From Vitrella brassicaformis CCMP3155 (Eukaryota > Protista > Chromerida), in contig CDMY01000297.1 in NCBI GenBank assembly GCA_001179505.1, positions 1 to 64,000 on the forward strand: a stretch of 64,000 bases of DNA. The letters are read 5' to 3'. The position numbers were made by a program, and so were the translations under genes. Below the pieces are notes generated by a model, which saw only the letters and a program-made list of their open reading frames with translations, was not told where the DNA came from and ran no database searches. Positions 19,498 to 31,010 of this stretch are shown piece after piece; within the stretch, counting starts at the first letter, position 1, and each line of letters opens with the position of its first letter.

Positions 19498-20130
19498 TCA
19501 AGAGATCATAAGAAAATATACGATCTCCCTCCAGCGTATCATCGGGAGTCCCGCACCTGCCTGTGCCTCTGCCAGCCAGGTGCCGTCAGCCCATTCACCT
19601 GTTCTCGATTCACCTGCACGAATGACATCCGTACACAACTCCTTGAGCTGTCTGCGGTGCTTACCTGTTGCAGTGGTATATGTCCCTTTGCCATGCATCT
19701 TGCCGGCCTTCCACTCGCCCTGAAAAGCAGACAGGACACAGATGATGATGAAGTGGCTTACGGGATTTGAGTCTCTCACGCACCTCGTAGCAGCGGCCGT
19801 CGGGCCACGAGAGTTTGCCCATCCGTGTTTCTTGTCATGGCAGTATTGGCCCTCGTAACGACGGCCGTCGGGCCACTCCATGAGACCCTCACCGTGCATT
19901 TCGCCACGATCATACTGTACGGCATAAGACACACACAGGCGGTCGGGCAAGCAAGCAGGCGATGAGTGTGCTGTGTATGACCTGTCCCATGTAGATACGG
20001 CCGTCGGTCCATTTGTACGTCCCGGATCCCTGCAAGTCGTCGCCCGTCCACTGGCCCTCCCAGGAGCCGTCAGCAAACGTGAAGACCCCCTCACCGGGCT
20101 TCTTGCAGTCCCTGTGCAGCCAAAGAACAT
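19498..20130 (-). pseudogene. MORN-repeat protein fragment, frameshifted
   Basis: GVFTFADGSWEGQWTGDDLQGSGTYKWTDGRIYMG, YDRGEMHGEGLMEWPDGRRYEGQYCHDKKHG, a 1-nt deletion at ~19820 before GKLSWPDGRCYE, then GEWKAGKMHGKGTY. Confidence 0.75.
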
Positions 20131-20204
20131 AATCTACCTAGTGTGTCTCTGCCCGCGTGTCTCCCTGTTGATGTATTGATTGTGCATTCACACCACACAG
20201 TGAC

Positions 20205-21230
20205 TACCGTCTGTATTTCTCCATGATCTTTCTGTCCGCTTTGCCCGCATAGTCCCAGAGCGTCTTCCCCTGTCGTCAAGAGACCAGATGAGCAATGATG
20301 TGTATGCCTGTGCACTTACCTCCGAGTCCTTGATGTCAAGGAAAGCACCGCCACCCCACTCCAGCCTAGGACACGAGGAGAGAGAGTGCGGATGAGGTAT
20401 TTCCGTCATTCATCTGAGTCTCACAGCTGAGAAACAGCCGCAGAGTGACGGCCGTATGCAGCACGATGGAGTGCCGTCCAGCGATGCTGTGTGCGGCATG
20501 GGAAAGGCAATAAATCAGATGAGAGACTTACTTCCTGTGTGTCTCACAGCGTCGGTCTGCGTGAGCAGCTTGTCGCCTCCTTTGGCATACAGTGCCTTTA
20601 GCACATCGACTTTTCCATACCTGGCAGCCGTGATGAATGGCGTCATGCCCATTCTCTGGAATCAGCATACACACACACAATCGGCACACAAAGCGTCAGA
20701 GACATGTGTGTGGTTTGTTACATATTTGGTGCGTGCGTCGATCAGTTTGGGATCCCAATCCAGCAGCTGATTGACAGCCGCAACATGGCCCTTCTCTGCC
20801 GCATAGTGCATGTTCTGTGCCGCATAGTGCATGGCCGTGTGACCAATCTGAATTTCATCACAGCCAACACACATCTCCTCATCACCAACAGCAGCACACA
20901 AGATGGTTTGGCTGTGTCGGTACCCCGTCTGTTTGCTGCAGTACGTCAGGTTTGCTCGCATACATCATCGACATGATACCCACGTGACCCTTCTGCGCGG
21001 CCACGATGAAAGGTGTGTCGCCAACCTGCAGTATACTCAAGTCGAGTGATTTTGCTGCAAGTGCAAGGGAGTCGAAATGCTATTACATCTTGGCAGCGGC
21101 AGCAGAGGCACCAAAATTCTCTCTCGTCAAGGATATTCAGTCCGTGCAGCTTGATCAGCTGAGCGACGGTCGCCGACGGATGTCAGGTCACCAGCTCTCA
21201 CCGCATCGTGGATGTTCCTCTAGAAGACAC
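20205..21230 (-). pseudogene. Ankyrin-repeat protein (local family, copy B), frameshifted
   Basis: Same exon series as copy A (TPFIVAAQKGHVG, HTAMHYAAQNMHYAAEKGHVAAVNQLLDWDPKL, MTPFITAARYGKVDV, GGGAFLDIKDSE, GKTLWDYAGKADRKIMEKYRR*). A frame change follows NIHDAVRAGDLTSV (~21180), and MHYAA is locally duplicated at ~20800-20832. Confidence 0.65.
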
Positions 21231-22511
21231 ATACAGGCGACCGCGTGAGGCGTGAACGATCAGCTGCCGTGCTCTGTCGATATCACCCGTTTGATCTTCG
21301 ATATCACCGAAAGGGCTTCACCATCCACTGTTAGGATGGTGTCCGCCTGCACATGCAAGAGCGAAAGAGAAGAGTCTGCCGTATGTGCCAGGACTCTGCT
21401 GTCTGTCCCTCAATGGCCCTCTCACGGGTTTGGTCTGCTGCGTCGGCTCTGGTGCGCCTGTGCTCGGTGGTGACTTGGCTGCTGCGTCAGGCTGACCAGG
21501 GGATGCTACAATACAAGCAGAGAAGGAAACCTGGTGGAATGTCTGTCTTGTCTGTCTCTGTGGCTGCACATACCGACCTGCTTCCACTGACGGGATTACG
21601 GTCTCGACTGCTGTGAGGGCGGCCATGGAAGGGCGGCTGAGAGGTCTTGGCCACACTGCTTGGCGGCCCCGTTGTCGTGCTGGCCGTGCTCACGTGAACG
21701 CCCACCGCAAGGCAGACACCGCCTGCACGCAGCCCCGCCAATGGACCTGCACCTTCTGACGGAGGGAGGGGGGAAAAGGAGAAGTTGGGGGCAGCGGCTG
21801 GGACGAAAGGGTGCGAGCTTCAATGCAAGGATCGGCAGATAGAGATCCGGTCAGCCACGATAAACACCCCGGAAGATCTCGGTCTGCGGACTAACAACGG
21901 CGCTCCCCGCCCTACTCTGACCCTCAGTAGTACTGATCCTCAGCGAATTCATTGAGGTGTTGGGAGCCTGCCGCCTGTCATCTCACGTGGCCCTGGGTCG
22001 GCTGCTGGCCGCGTGGAAGCAGATGGAGGCGGCCCATGGCAGAGTGGAGAAACTCGTCCGGGCTGCTGCAAACGCCAATGGGTGACAACCTCTGGCTGAC
22101 GATACATACACTGAGAAGGCGGCATTCACTTTCAGAATACCTGCCCGCCGGTATCTTACAGCAGTATGCAATGGGGCTTCGTGGGACTGGGTGTGTTCCG
22201 CCTGACTGCTAATAAATGTGTCTCTGCCTAGTGAACTCGTGATTGTTGGGACAGATTGGCCTGTGTTCGTTTAAGGGATTCATCATGTTGTGTGCGTATG
22301 GCTCTTCGCTGCGGCCGAGAGACATTCGATCGTGCCATTCAGTGATTGAACACAAAACCAAATCAGCCTATGCAGCATTTCTACATCTGCATCGTCGCCA
22401 TGCGCAGCACCCATTCACATCAACGCTCAAAAGACAAAAAGCTCATGCACGTCTCGACAACAGATGACTATGCGGCATCGACACCGTCTCTCAGAGAGCC
22501 TCAGCCCTCCT

Positions 22512-23651
22512 CTAGCGTGCCCACTGCTCAAGGACGTAATGCAGCACTTCTTCTGCCTTCACATCCCGCAGGACCCGCACAGGCCGCCCGCCAGGGTGGC
22601 GAAAGATGCGCCCTCGGCTGGGGCCCGTGGTGATGATGGCTGTTTCAATCAGATCCGACGTGAAGAGCTCGGGCTTGGCGAGGTAAGCGGCCGCCAGCAC
22701 GTCCCACAGACACTGCTTGTCGCGCTCAATGTTCATCTCGTAGCCGGCCGCGGCGACCTGGGAGAGGCGGTGCTGTGACTGTGCACGTAAGCTACCGATG
22801 AAGCCACGCGTGACAGGCACCTTGAAACACAACGAAAGGAGCCGAACAGAAATATCATTCTTGTGTGTCCCTCCATCTCTTCTCTCTTCTCTCTTCCTGT
22901 CTGTACCTTTTCACACACATCGAGAGGGCAGAGGACGATCGGGATGTCAGTCTGCCACACGGTTTGCACTGCAGAGGGGTCCCAATAGGCGTTCCACCTG
23001 AACAGAGGGATTTGCAGCGATGAATTCTCTGGCGTGTCACCGGTAGTGACTGTCATCACTCGGCAGAGCCGTCATGAGAAGGTTCCATCTCGGGGCTGAC
23101 GTTGCCTGGCACATCCAGGGAGCCTCCCATCCACACCTGAGGAAAAGGAAATGGATAGGAGACCGTAGCCCAGCCACGCAGTTTGGTTAGGCGCGTACCA
23201 TCTCTTCGATGCGGCCGGCCAGATCTGGTCTGCGGTCGACCAATGCAGCCACATTGGACAACGGTCCAGTCACCAGCAGGGTCAGCGGAGCCTCAGCCTG
23301 CCCCAGCAGCTGCTCCATCAACCCGACGCCCGATGGGACTGCAGCGGAGGCAGGCTCCATCATATCAGCGCCGCCAATGAGGTCGTCGAAGGCGTATGAG
23401 TTCTGCCGCCAAGCCGCAGGGAACGGATTGTGTCCCTTGGCCTCGCTCGCAGCCACCGGCACATGCTCCCTCCCGAACAGGGCGAGAATCTTGCGCGTGG
23501 CGCGAGTGGCCGGCTCAATGTAACAATCCGCAGGCGTGACGACGAAGCCGACGGGGTCGATGTGCGGCATGGTGAGAAGGAGTGCGGTGGCCATGTAGTC
23601 GTCCGGTGTCCCGCCATCGTGGTCCATCAACACCTGCCTCTTTCGAACCAT
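22512..23651 (-). CDS. Inosine/uridine-preferring nucleoside hydrolase family, purine-specific (IAG-NH-like); 4 exons
   Basis: N-terminal Ca-binding Asp motif DHDGGTPDD, plus PADCY, LVTGPLSNVA, VWMGGSLDVPGNV, AEWNAYWDP and LWDVLAAAYL. The three GT-AG introns keep the frame. Confidence 0.92.
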
Positions 23652-23922
23652 CTACACACAACAGAGGCCAACATGCGAGAGCGTCTGCGTTATGTGCGTG
23701 CATGTGCGCACCCGGGAACGCCGAAGATCAGATCTCCGCCGAAGATCTTCCACCCTCAAGCGTGCAAGCTCAGAAAGGTCTCACAGAAAAGCCGAACGCT
23801 CTGTGTGAGTGAGTGACAGTCTGCACATACTCCCATGGCATGGATGACCAGCGTTGACTGACTGCGGTACAGCAGGTACGCCTGCATGAACTCATGACAA
23901 ACAGCCGTGAGTCATACACAAA

Positions 23923-24732
23923 CCTGATGAGAGATAATTGACAGATGGCATCCATGCACTCGCTTGTCCAAATCGTCTCCATGAATCTATCCACATATGC
24001 CTATGCACAAAGGGCACGCTCACTCATCCGATGAGAACACCCCCGCCCCGTCCATCGCCCCAACACCACGCCATGACTGCCTCCCGCCCCTCAAACACAG
24101 GCTAGCAGCCCGCACCAATGCAACAGACAANNNNNNNNNNNNNNNNNNNNNNNNNNNNNNNNNNNNNNNNNNNNNNNNNNNNNNNNNNNNNNNNNNNNNN
24201 NNNNNNNNNNNNNNNNNNNNNNNNNNNNNNNNNNNNNNNNNNNNNNNNNNNNNNNNNNNNNNNNNNNNNNNNNNNNNNNNNNNNNNNNNNNNNNNNNNNN
24301 NNNNNNNNNNNNNNNNNNNNNNNNNNNNNNNNNNNNNNNNNNNNNNNNNNNNNNNNNNNNNNNNNNNNNNNNNNNNNNNNNNNNNNNNNNNNNNNNNNNN
24401 NNNNNNNNNNNNNNNNNNNNNNNNNNNNNNCAGGGCATGCGTGAGGGTGAAGGCGGAACCACACCCTGGGCAGCTGGAGGGGAGGTTGGGTGGGCGGTAG
24501 CCGTAGCGAACCGCCAGGCCGTCCCGAAAAGCATCGCCGCTGAGGTCGGTCTGGTCGCTGCACGACGGCATGGCCGTGAGCCACGCGTGCGTCTTGGCCT
24601 CCTGCGCGCGCCGAGCAGCTCGTTGGCGTCCTGGGGGAAGGCGGGCGACACCGTCGTCGAAGCGCTCCTTGGCCTGTGCGTCCGCCCGCCTCTTCCCCTC
24701 GTGAATGGCCGTGTGCATCTGGAGGCGGTGGA
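23923..24732 (-). mobile_element. 5'-truncated RLE-type (CRE/NeSL-like) non-LTR retrotransposon fragment with a 15-bp TSD; contains a 300-N gap
   Basis: Translation HAWLTAMP...LSGDAFRDGLAVRYG...CPGCGSAFTLTHAL[gap]LSVALVRAASLCLRGG is the C-terminal zinc-knuckle/endonuclease region. TGAGTCATACACAAA occurs as a direct repeat at 23908-23922 and 24733-24747. Confidence 0.8.
24131..24430. other. Assembly gap (300 N); equal-sized gaps also at 29886-30185 and 33819-34118
   Basis: Runs of exactly 300 N, indicating placeholder gap sizes. Confidence 0.99.
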
Positions 24733-24855
24733 TGAGTCATACACAAAGGACTGGCTAATGGGTATGTCCTTGCTTCTCGTGTGCATGTGTTAGGTGACGT
24801 GTTCATTCTACAAACGGCCTTGATCCATCTCAGTGGATCCATCGCCACACTGAGA

Positions 24856-26042
24856 ATGATGTTTTGCGTTGCTATTCTCTGTTTGTTGGTCATGGCCGCC
24901 GCCTTCAGTCCCCCTCACTCCATCATGGTGCACAAGCCCCTCCCCACGACCAGCTCCCGGCCCCTTACCCGTCATCACACCATCACCGCCAGGCTCAGCC
25001 TTAATCCGCGCCAGCTCATCCGCCGGTTTACCCGTCGGTTTCGGCGTATGCGACGTCGGCCGGCCAAGCGAGTGGAGGTCACTCAGCTGCGGCAAGAGGA
25101 GGAGAGCGTGTATGAGGCTCTGTCCACGGCGTACCAGGGCGTGGCTGTGCTCAAGGATCAGGAGCTCGACCAGATGCGCATAATGTGGGCAATAGAAATG
25201 GGGTCCCTCAACTCTGTGATGATCTTCCAGTGAAAAAGCGCGACACAGATGCTCACATTGCTGCCCTCTGCCGCATTGTCAAAGAACGACCCATCGACAC
25301 GGTCCGTAAGTACTTTGCGGCCAAAGCCAACCACACGCACGTACACCTGGTGTGATCCATTCCTTCTTAATCAGGAGATTGATCGGAAGCTGGGCGTGCT
25401 TGTGGACGCCTATGAGCAGTGCTGCCAAGACAATCGGTCGTTCGTGGAGTTCTATCAAGACATGTGGCGTGAGCTATCAAAAGGTACGTAAGGACGGCCA
25501 CAGACAGGACGACAGGCACATGACGCACATACGGACGGGCAGGCGTAAGTGCGTATAATGCGTGCCATTCACTGTGTGGTGTGTCGATATTGCCTACAGC
25601 CGAGCACAAGGTGGCGAGCTGCGCGCCGCCCGTGTGGATCACAACCACGGACCATGATGACTTCAGCCGCGCAATGGTCAGCCAGCAGGCCAGCCCGCCA
25701 GCCAAGTGTGACATATGGATGACATGGTGTGTATGTGTGTGTGGCTGGATCAACGCCATCGTCCATCCATCGAAGGAGATTATCTGTGCGGCATTGGATC
25801 TGGGGACACAGCGCCGCGATGTGGGCTGGATCAGGGCCATGAATGGGGAGGGCAAGGAGGAGAGGGAGGGAGGGCCAGGCTCATGGGAGTACCTGGAGCG
25901 ACACGGACTGCTAGACAAGTATTACGAGGATCTGGAGCGGAAGATTGAGGAGAACCAGAAATTGGCAGCCGAGGAGGCCCAGCAAGACGCGCTGAACAAT
26001 TTGCTTGCAAGAGCCCCTCGCGCAACGCCAGTGAATGACTAA
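24856..26042 (+). pseudogene. Hypothetical protein with a bipartite (signal + transit-like) leader; one apparent frameshift
   Basis: MMFCVAILCLLVMAAAF followed by an S/T/R-rich stretch. The first frame stops at 25233, while a neighbouring frame (NVGNRNGVPQLCDDLPVKKRD...) continues into exons EIDRKLGVLVDAY, AEHKVASCAPPVW and WINAIVHPSK...ATPVND*. Confidence 0.45.
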
Positions 26043-26249
26043 CTCGGCTGGACGTTGTTGATTTCTCTGTCAGAGTCTGTCTTTCATACATGCGATCAGT
26101 ACTGTGTATGCTGCGTGTTGGTGCTTTCCGAGTAAATTATTTTTGGCGCCGCGATATGCAAGAACACATAGTCTCACAGCTTCATGGTATGATATGAATG
26201 GATGTGGAAATACAGGCACAGAGTCTGTCGGTCTCTCATGAAATCAAGT

Positions 26250-29200
26250 GTGTCAATCCACCAACCCTCAATCACGCGATAAACATGCCAGCACCATCCT
26301 CAGCGGTCCCGCCCACCACGCACAAACTTACTCGCACCAGTCGTGAAGTGTCGTGAGGCAGGCCGGCATCCTTGCAAAGCAGCGCTTCCACCTGCTGTGG
26401 CTGCTCTGGGGCGGCGGCGAGGGCAGCGGTCGTAGGAGGAAAGGACCTCGGGATATAAAATGAAGGCAGCGATCGCCACACGCATCTGTTTAGCACAGCT
26501 ACACATGGATGGACAGGTAGGTATCAATTCATCTCCTCTCATTCTTTGCGTCACCTCGTCCCTTATTAGCCGGGCGGCCCGGGCTTGCCCTTTGTGATTT
26601 CCTTGATGACCTGTTCCAAGACAGACAGACAGACAGACAGATGCAGGTCTCGTGTGTGTTTGCATCAACGCGTCTGTGCGTATGTGAGTGCATGCGCACC
26701 CTCTCTTTTCCGTCCTGCTCGTCCTCTGCTGCGGCCGCGGCCTCCTTGTCGGTGGCCATCTCCTCCCGCTTGGCCTTCGCCTCGGCTTTGGCGGCAGCGG
26801 CAGCAGCCTCCACAGCAGCAGCTGCGGCAGCAGCAGCGGCATCGTGCGCCGCCTGTACCTGAGGGGAGAGAGACATGCATGGCAGCGACATGCAACATTG
26901 CGGTGGTAGAAGTCAGCTGTGCACCGAAATGCCGACTCTCGAAACGAAAAACCCCATTGCGCCACACACCAACGCCGCGCCGAAGATGGCGCAGGTGATG
27001 CGGAGTCCACGCTCCTGTGTCTGCATACAAGCAACAACACAACGGTGAGCGTCGCCCTGTCCCACCCATGTCACCCACTTCCTCTGTCCTCAGCTTATCC
27101 TGTCTTTTCTTGACGATCTTGAACCATCTTTTGAAGTTCTCGAGTTGATGATGCGCCCGTTGGGGTCCAGGCAGGCATTCCCTTCTCGGGCTTCCTTCTT
27201 CCCCACGCGACGGATGTTGGCGTCAGTCTCACCTCCGGCAAACGCGAGACTGACGCCTGCCACACACACACAGCTCACAGACACACACACACACGCACAC
27301 ACACACACGCAGGGCAGCCAAACGACAACAAATCACAGACAAAGAGCGGGATAAATCGAGCCATATCGAAAAAGAGGCACGTGTGTCAGTCTGGTGCCTT
27401 TGGGTGGGTTGGTGGATTGGACGGTGTCTGCATGTGTGCATGGCATAGTGTGTGTTTGGGTACGTCGGCGAGTTCATGGTAGTGGGTGAACTTCTTGGGC
27501 CGCTTCGACCAGAGGAACTCCCGCACCCCGTCGACCAAGAGCCGCTCGGTGGCGGGCTTCGCGGTGCGGTCCATGACTCCGATCTGCACACACACAGACC
27601 ACACACAACACGTCAGGCGAACAGCACGACAATTGGTTGATTGATTGATTGATGGATGAATGGATGGATGGCTGTGCGCTTGCTGACCGCCTTAAAGCCC
27701 GGCCGGTCGAAGAAGGGGTGCATGAGGCCCACCAAAACTCTGGATAGGAGTCTTTCCCGCTCCGTTTGTATCTATTTTCAAGCATGGCATTGAGGGCGTC
27801 GAACTTGAAGGCGTGTGAGTCCAGCTGGCAGACACCAAACACACGCCAAACACACACACACACCAGTTCTCAATGCATTGGCCCGGTCGCCCCACGCACC
27901 CACCAGCCTACCTGAATGATACTGTTGTGGCAGAGGTTCTCCATCTCGCTGAGCCTGACGCGTCACTTCGTGGCCCCAATGGTGGCGAGAAAGTCACAGT
28001 CCACCAGCGACCCCAAGAACGGGTGCATAAGCATCACCCCATGGCACAAAGGACGACGGTGCATGGCAGCTACGTCTGCACACGCGAGGCACACAGACGT
28101 GAAAGCAAAAGACATTCAGACAGACCGAATAATGTGTGTGGGTGTCTGTGTGTGTGTCTGTGTGTCGTTTTGAATCTGTACAGATCAACGTGTGCATGAG
28201 ACGCACCTGGTTGGTCGTGGTCGTGGGAGTCTTCCCGTGCTCCATGGGTCCATAGCCGTCCGGCAGCTTGGCCAACTAGCTGCCCATACGTCTGTCGATG
28301 GCCGCCGAAGCGGCCAAATATGCGTTAACAAACAGACGAGAAGAGACACGATGAAGCTTCTATACCGTCTGTCTTTCATCCTCACTTACGTACTTGTGGG
28401 GCCGCCGGGCGCAGGCGTGGACGAAGTAGGCACATCGGTGATATAAGAGGGAGACAGCCATCCATCTGCACACAGACACTAGACACGTACACGGGAGCTG
28501 ATCAGTCAGTCTATTTTGACAGCTCACATACCCTTCGCGGATGATTTCGGGCAAGGCAGTGCTGTCGAAGGGTTGGTATCCGTCGATCAAATATAAAATG
28601 TAGCCAGCGATCTGCACACCACCCAGCCACAGAAAGAAGACATGTACGTATTGCTGTGTGTATGTGTGCGTACGCTGTTGCTGTATGGATGTGGCCAGGT
28701 CGTCTTCGCATCGGCGCTTCCTCCTGTTGTGGCCGCTCTGGGGCGGCGGGGAGTTTGGCTCTTGGGCGGCCTCCTCCTCCTCCTCCTCCTTGACGGCCGC
28801 CCGAGTGAGGGGGCGACGAGCAGTGAAGGGGGCAGGGGGTGGTGGAGGTGGTGATCCAGAGAGAGGCGCAGGGGGCTCGGGGGCTTCAGCAGCAGCAGCT
28901 GAACGATCAACACAGACACACACAGACGGACATACGAGTGTCATTCAACGAGTGGGCGGATGCGTTCATGTGTGTAAGTTGTTTCTGACCTGAGGGCTCC
29001 TGGGCGGCTTTGCGGCGAGGGTGACCAGCACCACCTGCTGCTGCTGCTGCTGCCTGCCCCTCATCTGCCGCTGGTGGCGGCGCGACGCCCTCTTCTTGCT
29101 CCTCCTCGTCATCGTCCGCAGCCGCAGCAGCCCTGGTCTTGCGTGGGGCGCGCTTGGCCTTAGCGCGCCCCGCCTTGGCCTTGCCCTTGGCGCGCCCCTT

Positions 29201-29550
29201 GGCCTTTCCCTTGGCCTTTCCCTTGGCCTTGGGCACCGCGGGAGCTGAAGCCTCCTCCTCTTCGTGCCTGGCGGGTAGGTGGTCCTTGACCCTTTGCGAC
29301 AGGTCCTTCTCGTCCTCGGCCATGCGAGTCATCTCCTTTAATGCCGTCCTCTGGGCCATACCAGACCACACCAAACCACACCAAACCACACGTCAGGTGA
29401 GGTGAGTGACTGCGGTGCAGCTGCTGGCTGATCCACCCACCATCCCGCCCTGTCTCACTTTGTCGAGAAGGTTTCTGAGCAACTGCCGCTCCGGTACCGA
29501 GATGGCCAGCTTCTCTCCCTGCATGACCATCCAGCCCTTTTGGAGACACA
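26250..29550 (-). pseudogene. Unknown multi-exon family, copy 1 (K/A-rich N-terminus; paralog of 55063-57577)
   Basis: Exons IAGYILYLIDGYQPFD, LVDCDFLATIGATK*, LDSHAFKFDALNAMLENRYKRSGKDSYPEFWW (frameshift), IGVMDRTAKPATERLLVDGVREFLWSKRPKKFTHYHELADVPK and VSLAFAGGE. Contains an in-frame stop and an indel. Confidence 0.5.
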
Positions 29551-29583
29551 ATAATGCCGTGCACATACCAATGACCATTTGAC

Positions 29584-30950
29584 CTACTTACGGGGGACAT
29601 CGGCAACCGTCAGCTGCTCCAACCGATACAGAACCTCTGCGGCGCTGGGACGACGATGCAGCCGATACTCCAGGCACTGCAGCCAGAAAGGTACACGCAC
29701 CGACCAGAGCATCGGTCACTGTCTGCAACTGACCGTCTTCAACTGACGGTGTACTTACGTCCAGCACGATGTCTCGGACGACCTGTGGCCAGCCGGCGGG
29801 CACCCGAGGGTGGCGCCGCTGCACGATCATGGCATTGATGATGCCATCCACATCCAAGCCCTGCCAGTTCAAGAACTCCCGCCAANNNNNNNNNNNNNNN
29901 NNNNNNNNNNNNNNNNNNNNNNNNNNNNNNNNNNNNNNNNNNNNNNNNNNNNNNNNNNNNNNNNNNNNNNNNNNNNNNNNNNNNNNNNNNNNNNNNNNNN
30001 NNNNNNNNNNNNNNNNNNNNNNNNNNNNNNNNNNNNNNNNNNNNNNNNNNNNNNNNNNNNNNNNNNNNNNNNNNNNNNNNNNNNNNNNNNNNNNNNNNNN
30101 NNNNNNNNNNNNNNNNNNNNNNNNNNNNNNNNNNNNNNNNNNNNNNNNNNNNNNNNNNNNNNNNNNNNNNNNNNNNNNNNNNNNNCCCCCCCCCCCCCGA
30201 ATATCTCAATAAGACAGCAACCTGCACGCAGCGAGAAAAGCGCACCAAGCGGCCTCGTCCATAGACCATCTTCAAGGTGAATAGCGCAGCTGGGCTCACC
30301 AAATGCCCAAATGTCCACTTTTGGGGTGATGATTCGCCGCTGCCAAATCTCCGGTGCCATGTCTTTGAGGGTGCCGCCCGATGGATCCAGCGGATTCACC
30401 CTCCCATTCTACACACACACCACGCTAAGAAAGGCAACGAACGCAGAGACACAGGATTCGCTTCTGTCCTCTGCTGTGGTGTACGTTTGTGTGTACGCTG
30501 TATCTGGTTCTCATTCCTGACATACCTGAATCCGCTCTGCCATCCCCAAATCTGCTATCTTGAGCAGCCCGTCCGCCTCCCGAATTGACGCATTCTGAAC
30601 GACACACAGTCAGGACACGAGCCACAACGGTGTCCACGAACGCGTGTGCATTGAAATGGCGTGATAGCTTACGTCAGGCTTGATAGCACGATGCACAAAT
30701 CCCCGTTGATGAATGTAGTGGATGCCCCGCGCCTGCAGACATCAAACAAAGATCAAGAGACACACACTCCAATGGCATCTGAGTACGTATACACATAGAA
30801 TAGAATGTCTGTGCGTCAGTCAGTCGGGTGTGTACATATCTATTTAGAGCGTACCTGCACCATTTGCTTGAAGCTGATGGCGTTAGTCGTGTCGCCCCGG
30901 CAGTGGGTTCGTATCCTGAATACAGATACACCGAAGACAATGATAAGACA
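29584..30950 (-). pseudogene. TKL-like kinase C-lobe with degenerate catalytic motifs (pseudokinase or pseudogene); contains a 300-N gap
   Basis: ARGIHYIHQRGFVHRAIKPD-NASIREADGLLKIADLGMAERIQ, GGTLKDMAPEIWQRRIITPKVDIWAFG-CCLIEIFGG, WQGLDVDGIINAMIVQRRHPRVPAGWPQVVRDIVLD-CLEYRLHRRPSAAEVLYRLEQL. The HRD motif reads HRA. Confidence 0.75.
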
Positions 30951-31010
30951 TACATACGTACGTACGGTGGTCCGTAGACTTACAGGGCTATGAAGGCGTC
31001 AAAGCGTCTT

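Noticed and set aside
21850-22260. Short coding-like stretch (SHVALGRLLAAWKQMEAAHGRVEKLVRAAANANG*) and GAAGATC repeats near 21870 and 23722-23750
   Set aside because: Too short, with no motif or splice support.
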